DNA of 20,000 bases. It comes from an uncultured virus (IMG/VR IMGVR_UViG_3300027973_000050). Its lineage: Duplodnaviria > Heunggongvirae > Uroviricota > Caudoviricetes. The stretch lies in the IMG/VR virus record IMGVR_UViG_3300027973_000050. The stretch is one strand, 5' to 3'. How positions within the stretch are numbered: the stretch's first letter is position 1; the number at the start of each line of letters is the position of its first letter. The notes under the pieces are model-generated. The model was not told the DNA's origin. It did not search any database and saw only the letters and a program-made list of their open reading frames with translations. The translations under genes were made by a program, and so were the position numbers. This document shows, piece by piece, positions 15,701 to 20,000 of the stretch.

Positions 15701-18700
15701 CTTGAACCAAAATATCTAATACAAGGTCATGATGGCAGTGTAATATTGGCCTATAATGATTATAGAGATGATGTAATATTAGAATTAGAAAAAAGAATTT
15801 TTAATAACATCAAAATTCACTATGATACAACTATATTAGACATATATGATTTTATACCAGGAGCTAATAGAACAACTGATTATTCTTTAGATGAATTTAA
15901 TGAAATATTAGCACCTAACTTTTTTAAATGGACTGGCTTAATTGATAAAGATTTTACACAATCTTTAGTTTATGATGCTTCAAATCCGTTTACATTTAAC
16001 TATAGTGAAGCAGTTGGCATAGATGGAAACAATGTGCCAGCATTTTGGCGCGGCATTTATAAATTTTATTTTGACACTGATCGTATACATTTAACACCTT
16101 GGGAAAGTTTAGGCTTTAGTATTAAGCCAAAATGGTGGGAGGACACTTATGGCCCAGCACCATACACATCTAATAACTTAATATTATGGCAGGATCTACG
16201 TGATGGCGTCATTAAAGAACCAGGCAAACCAGTTAATAGAAATAGTAAATTTACCAGAGCAGTATTGGACATTGCACCTGTTGATGAATTAGGAAATTTG
16301 GTAAACCCAATTGTGGCAAATTTAACACAGGGTATATTTGATACTAATGGCAATTCAAATTATGTATTTGGTGATCAAGGACCAGTAGAAACAGCATGGA
16401 GACGTAGCAGTTATTATCCATTTAGTTTGCTAATTACCATGATTCTAATGCAGCCAAATCGTGTATTAGGCAGCTATTTGGATAGATCTAGAATAATTAG
16501 AAATAGAAACAATCAATTAGTGTATAAGGATACAAATTTGAGATTGCGTTTAGCTGATCTTAAATTGCCAAATAATGTAAATGACACAGTTAGAGTGTTT
16601 ACTTCTGGGCTAGTTAACTATGTTGCTGATTATTTACAAGGTGATAATAGTGGCTTTTTAGACACATATAAAAGTGATTTAAAATTAATTAACAATAAAT
16701 TAAGTCATAGGTTAGCAGGGTTTACCAGCAAAGAAAAATATCAACTTATATTAGATAGCAAAAATTCAGCAGCTAAGTCTGGAGTTTTTGTACCAAATGA
16801 AAATTATAAAATATTTTTAAATGTTAGTAGCCCAACTAAAAAATTATCATACAGTGGCGTAATTATAACCAAAATTAAAACTAAACGTGGTATTGGGTAT
16901 TCTATCAAAGGTTATAATCAAACTAATCCGTATTTTTATTATTATGCTTGGACGCAATCTGGAATTAATATTAATGTAGGCGGTATTAGTGAAAGTTATA
17001 TTGAATGGTCACCAAATCAGCAGTACTTAGTTGGCAATATATTGTTAGTTGACAGATATTATTATAGAGTTAAAATTAGTCATACCAGTCAGGATAATCC
17101 CAGTTATGATTTATTACAAAAAATTCCAGCGTTGCCTTTAGTTGGCGGAGTAACAGCCAACTTAAGAAAGAAATGGGAAAGAGATCCCATAATATTAAAT
17201 TATGGCACTGTGGTAAACAGCATACAGGAAGTAGTTGACTTTTTACTAGGCCATGGCGAATACTTAAAAGATCAAGGATTTAGTTTTGATAATTTTAATC
17301 CAGAGTTAAGAAGTGTTGCCAGTTGGGAAGTTAGTGTAAAAGAATTCTTATTTTGGACCACACAAAATTGGAGTTCAGGTGCTGATGATTATACAGATTG
17401 GATCGAAACTAAATCATATAAGCTTGGCGAGATTGTATTTTATAACGGTGACTACTACAGATCAAGACAAGATCAACAGCCCAGTGATGTCTTTAATTTT
17501 GCAAATTTTTATAAATTAGAAAATCTAAATTCAGATGGTGCAGCAGCAATTAGTTTAAGTCCAGCAGCATTACAACTAGATTTAAAAATAGAATACAACA
17601 CTGTAAATGATCTTAGAGAACAACATAATTACGAAATATTTTCAGCAGATGGTCAAAAATATGATCCAGATTTATTAAATTATCTTAGATATGAAGGTGT
17701 TTTTACACTTAGACCCAAAAATGAAACTTTGGGAATATATGGTGCTGCCGTATATCTAGTACAAAAAGAACACGTTTTATTAATTGATAATGTTACGCAA
17801 TTTAATGATTTAATTTACAACCCAGAAACAGGGTATAGACAAGAAAAAATTCAAGTTGCAGGTTATAAAACAATTAATTGGGATGGTAGTTTAGATGCTC
17901 CTGGTTTTATCTATGACCAAGCTATTATAGATGATTGGGCACCTTGGACAGATTATCATCTTGGGGATGTTGTTAAATATAAAGAATTTTATTATGGCTC
18001 AAATGCTTTTTTACCAGGCACGGAAACTTTTAACAAAGATAATTGGATCAGATTAGATAAAAAGCCATCTAGTGAACTATTGCCTAATTGGGATTACAAA
18101 GCTTTACAGTTTACAGATTTTTATGATTTAGACAGCGACAATTTTGATGTTGGTCAACAAAAAATGGCTCAACATCTAATTGGCTATCAAAAGCGCCAAT
18201 ACTTAGAAAATATTATTAAAAATGACGTAAGTGAATTTAAATTTTATCAAGGAATGATTCAAGATAAAGGTACAATTAATTCTTTGAACAAACTTTTTGA
18301 TGTACTAAGTGCAGATGACAAAGATAGCATAGACTTTATTGAAGAATGGGGCATAAGAGTAGGCCAATATGGTGGCAAAGATGCATTTGATGAAGTAGAA
18401 TTTGTTTTAGATGAAAGTCTATTTAAAATTAATCCACAAGCAGTTGAGTTAGTTTCTACTATTGATAATAGTAAACTAGACTTTGTAATTAGACAGACCA
18501 AAAAGGACATTTATCTAAGACCTAAAAATTATGAAAATGATCTTTGGGTAGTCAATAATAATTTTAAACCATTTTTACGTACACCTGGATTTGTCAAATA
18601 TGATCAAGTTGCAGTTCACACAGATAAATTAGAAGATTTATTAACAGTCAGTACAGTTAATTTTACTTCGGGAGATTATATTTGGACAGCATTTGAACCT

Positions 18701-20000
18701 GTACTAAATGAATTTAATGATGATTGGAATGTGCATAGATTTACAAATATGAAATATGCAGTTAATTCCTTAACATTTAATAAGGTAAGCAATGATTTAA
18801 CATTAATATTAGATCAAACTCCTAATTTTACTGTGGGAGAAATAGTTGGCATAACCAATGATTATCAACCATTAAATATATTTTGTAAAATTGAATCTAT
18901 TAACGGTAATACTATTACTATTGCAACAAACTTAAAAAGTTATAGTCCTGCTCCTTCACAGGATCCATTACAATCTATTAAACTTTTTAAATTATGCAAA
19001 CAAAGATTCAGTACAATAGATGATTTAGCAATTCCATATTATCTTAAAGCAAATGAACTAGCTTGGGTTAATAAATCAATTGATAACAAATATGTAATTT
19101 GGGCAAATAATTCAGTTTATAATAGAAGTAAAATATTTAAATTAACTCTTGCTAATGGCAGTAGATTTGGTGAGGTTATAGCTGTTAGTAAATCAGCAAG
19201 TTATCTAGCAATTGCAAAATCCACGGATCAAGTTTTTATATATTATAGGCCCTCTGTCATATCAGATTGGGCATTGTTTCAAGTTATAAACTCAAATTTA
19301 GATCAATTTGGACTTAGTTTGGCATTTAGTGATGACGGATTTTGGTTGGCTGTTGGTGGAATAACCAGTGAAAATGATGGTGTTGTTAAATTATTTTCTT
19401 TAGACGATATCAATCGCAAATATGTTCTTAAAGAGACCTTAGTTAATCCAGATATAGATAATGATTCTTATTTTGGACATAAAATTAAATTTGCTTATGA
19501 TCTAACATATTCATTAACAGTCAGTAGCACTGACGGGGATAGTATTAGTGGAATAATATATTATTTTAAAAACTTCGAAGATAGTTCAGCTTGGCAATTC
19601 ATAACTAATATTCAACCCAGTGATGTAGATTGTGATGATCAGCCATTTGCCTATGAGTTTGATATTGATCAAAAAGGTACGATACTAGCCTTATCTACAT
19701 CATTAACTCATAATGGTCAAGGTAAAGTTTTAATTTTTCAAAAAACTAATGATTCAATACATGGGGAGACATTTACTAAAATCCACGAAATAACCAAACT
19801 AAATCAAACAAATTTTGGTCGAGCAATATCCTTATCGGAAAATGCAACATATTTGGCTATTAGTTCTAATGAATCAGTACATGTTTATAAAGATTATTCT
19901 CTATTTCAAACATTAACTGGAAGAAATAATCGTGATACCAATGAAGAATTTGGAAAAAATATTAAATTTGTCAACAATGAAAAAACCCTAGTAATTTTTA
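12710..20000 (+). CDS. Giant modular baseplate/virion protein (gp7-like by position), >2,430 aa, 3' end outside window
   Basis: Not in the ORF track because it has no stop in the window. ATG 12710 overlaps the gp6 TGA (TGATG). It starts MNDNQLENPPSNDPNQRRKAENLIPRFYRTDSNKKF. The same frame is open in every segment I translated, including the last bases (...EEFGKNIKFVNNEKTLVIF). It contains cupredoxin-like, CBM5/12-like and FG-GAP-like segments. Confidence 0.85.
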   Translation, partial: MNDNQLENPPSNDPNQRRKAENLIPRFYRTDSNKKFISGTINQLIQTGTVRRLNGHIGRENSKATTANDIFLNEPVQDRQNYQLEPSLIIEDTLGNVNFYKDYLDYVNTLTVLDGKPSNHERVNQQEFYSWEPHIDWDKIVNFAHYYWLPFGPDAITIPGQQQKISSTLKVTLSDEGDNRAYLFTPDGLTRNPSLTLYRGQTYRFEIDCVNEPFSIKTQRQTGEAYRFIEGVDNFAVENGVITFTVPLECADVLYYVSENTPDTSGIIKVFDIKENTAIDVENEILNKKTYTLASGLSLSNGMKVNFRGRVTPSLYSEGDFYVEGVGEKIQLIPEKQLEIIAPYTKDYEVTFDDTGYDKLAYNDVKYAPLVKDYISINRASSDRNPWSRYNRWFHESIIEKTAIELGQQPVFDQAQRAKRPIIEFNANIKLYNFGTIPKQDIDLVDDFTGDVFSIIEGSLGYNIDGVSLLDGHRILFTGDNDPLVDGKIYRVNFITTHDNNSSIGIRRIHLEEEPDTLPNLHDVVLVKTGAKYTAQMLWYNGTKWILGQAKSAQNQQPLFDLFDEDGVNLGDSSKYDGSTFSGNKIFSYKIGTGTADSELKFALSYKNINNVGDILFNFDLLQNSFSYKIQSEVITEKTDNKFLKKNNNLSSEYLNGWTVNKLKNVQPIVRIYKNSNLYNNFPVDVYDDINNLDDLLVKVYINGKRLDKNLFHINDDIVYKTVVLDKDVTDADIVTLKCYSKQCKNNNGKYDFPINFQNNPLNNNINDFTLGEVIDHVDSIIDNLDTFVGAYPGVSNLRDLSDVSSYGLKFVQHSGSINASLYHLTNKTANVINALEKSRDDYGKFKRNFISHLTELSNDISVKESVDQILFDINQGNPKTAPYYFSDVLGYGACKQTDFTVQDYRVVKYPLSAPFTLDTLSHKAVNVYLNTVQLIHEQDYTFGFDGFIEVLTPIKENDVLTVYEYESTDGCFIPPTPTTLGLYPKFEPQKYLDTTLLEPKYLIQGHDGSVILAYNDYRDDVILELEKRIFNNIKIHYDTTILDIYDFIPGANRTTDYSLDEFNEILAPNFFKWTGLIDKDFTQSLVYDASNPFTFNYSEAVGIDGNNVPAFWRGIYKFYFDTDRIHLTPWESLGFSIKPKWWEDTYGPAPYTSNNLILWQDLRDGVIKEPGKPVNRNSKFTRAVLDIAPVDELGNLVNPIVANLTQGIFDTNGNSNYVFGDQGPVETAWRRSSYYPFSLLITMILMQPNRVLGSYLDRSRIIRNRNNQLVYKDTNLRLRLADLKLPNNVNDTVRVFTSGLVNYVADYLQGDNSGFLDTYKSDLKLINNKLSHRLAGFTSKEKYQLILDSKNSAAKSGVFVPNENYKIFLNVSSPTKKLSYSGVIITKIKTKRGIGYSIKGYNQTNPYFYYYAWTQSGININVGGISESYIEWSPNQQYLVGNILLVDRYYYRVKISHTSQDNPSYDLLQKIPALPLVGGVTANLRKKWERDPIILNYGTVVNSIQEVVDFLLGHGEYLKDQGFSFDNFNPELRSVASWEVSVKEFLFWTTQNWSSGADDYTDWIETKSYKLGEIVFYNGDYYRSRQDQQPSDVFNFANFYKLENLNSDGAAAISLSPAALQLDLKIEYNTVNDLREQHNYEIFSADGQKYDPDLLNYLRYEGVFTLRPKNETLGIYGAAVYLVQKEHVLLIDNVTQFNDLIYNPETGYRQEKIQVAGYKTINWDGSLDAPGFIYDQAIIDDWAPWTDYHLGDVVKYKEFYYGSNAFLPGTETFNKDNWIRLDKKPSSELLPNWDYKALQFTDFYDLDSDNFDVGQQKMAQHLIGYQKRQYLENIIKNDVSEFKFYQGMIQDKGTINSLNKLFDVLSADDKDSIDFIEEWGIRVGQYGGKDAFDEVEFVLDESLFKINPQAVELVSTIDNSKLDFVIRQTKKDIYLRPKNYENDLWVVNNNFKPFLRTPGFVKYDQVAVHTDKLEDLLTVSTVNFTSGDYIWTAFEPVLNEFNDDWNVHRFTNMKYAVNSLTFNKVSNDLTLILDQTPNFTVGEIVGITNDYQPLNIFCKIESINGNTITIATNLKSYSPAPSQDPLQSIKLFKLCKQRFSTIDDLAIPYYLKANELAWVNKSIDNKYVIWANNSVYNRSKIFKLTLANGSRFGEVIAVSKSASYLAIAKSTDQVFIYYRPSVISDWALFQVINSNLDQFGLSLAFSDDGFWLAVGGITSENDGVVKLFSLDDINRKYVLKETLVNPDIDNDSYFGHKIKFAYDLTYSLTVSSTDGDSISGIIYYFKNFEDSSAWQFITNIQPSDVDCDDQPFAYEFDIDQKGTILALSTSLTHNGQGKVLIFQKTNDSIHGETFTKIHEITKLNQTNFGRAISLSENATYLAISSNESVHVYKDYSLFQTLTGRNNRDTNEEFGKNIKFVNNEKTLVIF
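19160..20000 (+). repeat. At least six degenerate FG-GAP-like beta-propeller repeats in the giant ORF
   Basis: RFGEVIAVSKSASYLAIA, QFGLSLAFSDDGFWLAVGG, YFGHKIKFAYDLTYSLTVSS, PFAYEFDIDQKGTILALST, NFGRAISLSENATYLAISS and EFGKNIKFVNNEKTLVIF, at roughly 45-60 aa spacing. Confidence 0.75.

Noticed and set aside
5329..18510. Remaining short minus-strand ORFs in the track (5329, 8185, 8560, 9654, 9962, 11189, 13147, 14092, 16147, 18259)
   Set aside because: All lie antisense to long, motif-supported plus-strand genes, including the untracked 12710 ORF, and show no protein-family features.
12711..20000. Apparent 7-kb ORF desert suggesting non-coding DNA or stop-codon recoding
   Set aside because: This is an artefact of the ORF track: one open frame has no stop inside the window. 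The other genes are full length in the standard code, so there is no evidence of recoding.

Overview
This AT-rich, gene-dense window is the core region of a large T4-like myovirus (probably an uncultured large or jumbo phage) and reads cleanly in the standard bacterial code. A minus-strand, translationally coupled operon encodes a gp55-like late sigma factor, a gp47/Mre11-like nuclease and a gp46/Rad50-like ATPase (cut by the window start). It sits back-to-back, across 78 bp, with a plus-strand baseplate module: gp48/54-like, gp53-like, gp27-like hub, gp5-like spike, gp25, an enlarged gp6, and a giant (>2,430 aa) modular protein that starts at 12710 and runs off the window. That giant ORF and gp46 are missing from the supplied ORF track. 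I found no RNA genes, CRISPR arrays or mobile elements by eye. The most interesting signals are: (i) a compact palindromic switch where a near-consensus sigma70 promoter for the late-sigma operon abuts a divergent late-type promoter; (ii) a gp55 with a ~140-aa basic insertion and no T4-type clamp-binding tail; (iii) a lysozyme-less spike with an inward-facing HxH and a His-rich C-terminal extension, with no adjacent PAAR gene; (iv) the giant protein's CBM5/12-like, cupredoxin-like and FG-GAP-like modules. All family calls come from motif recognition and synteny, not database searches. I cannot claim a wholly new system, only unusual variants of known ones.
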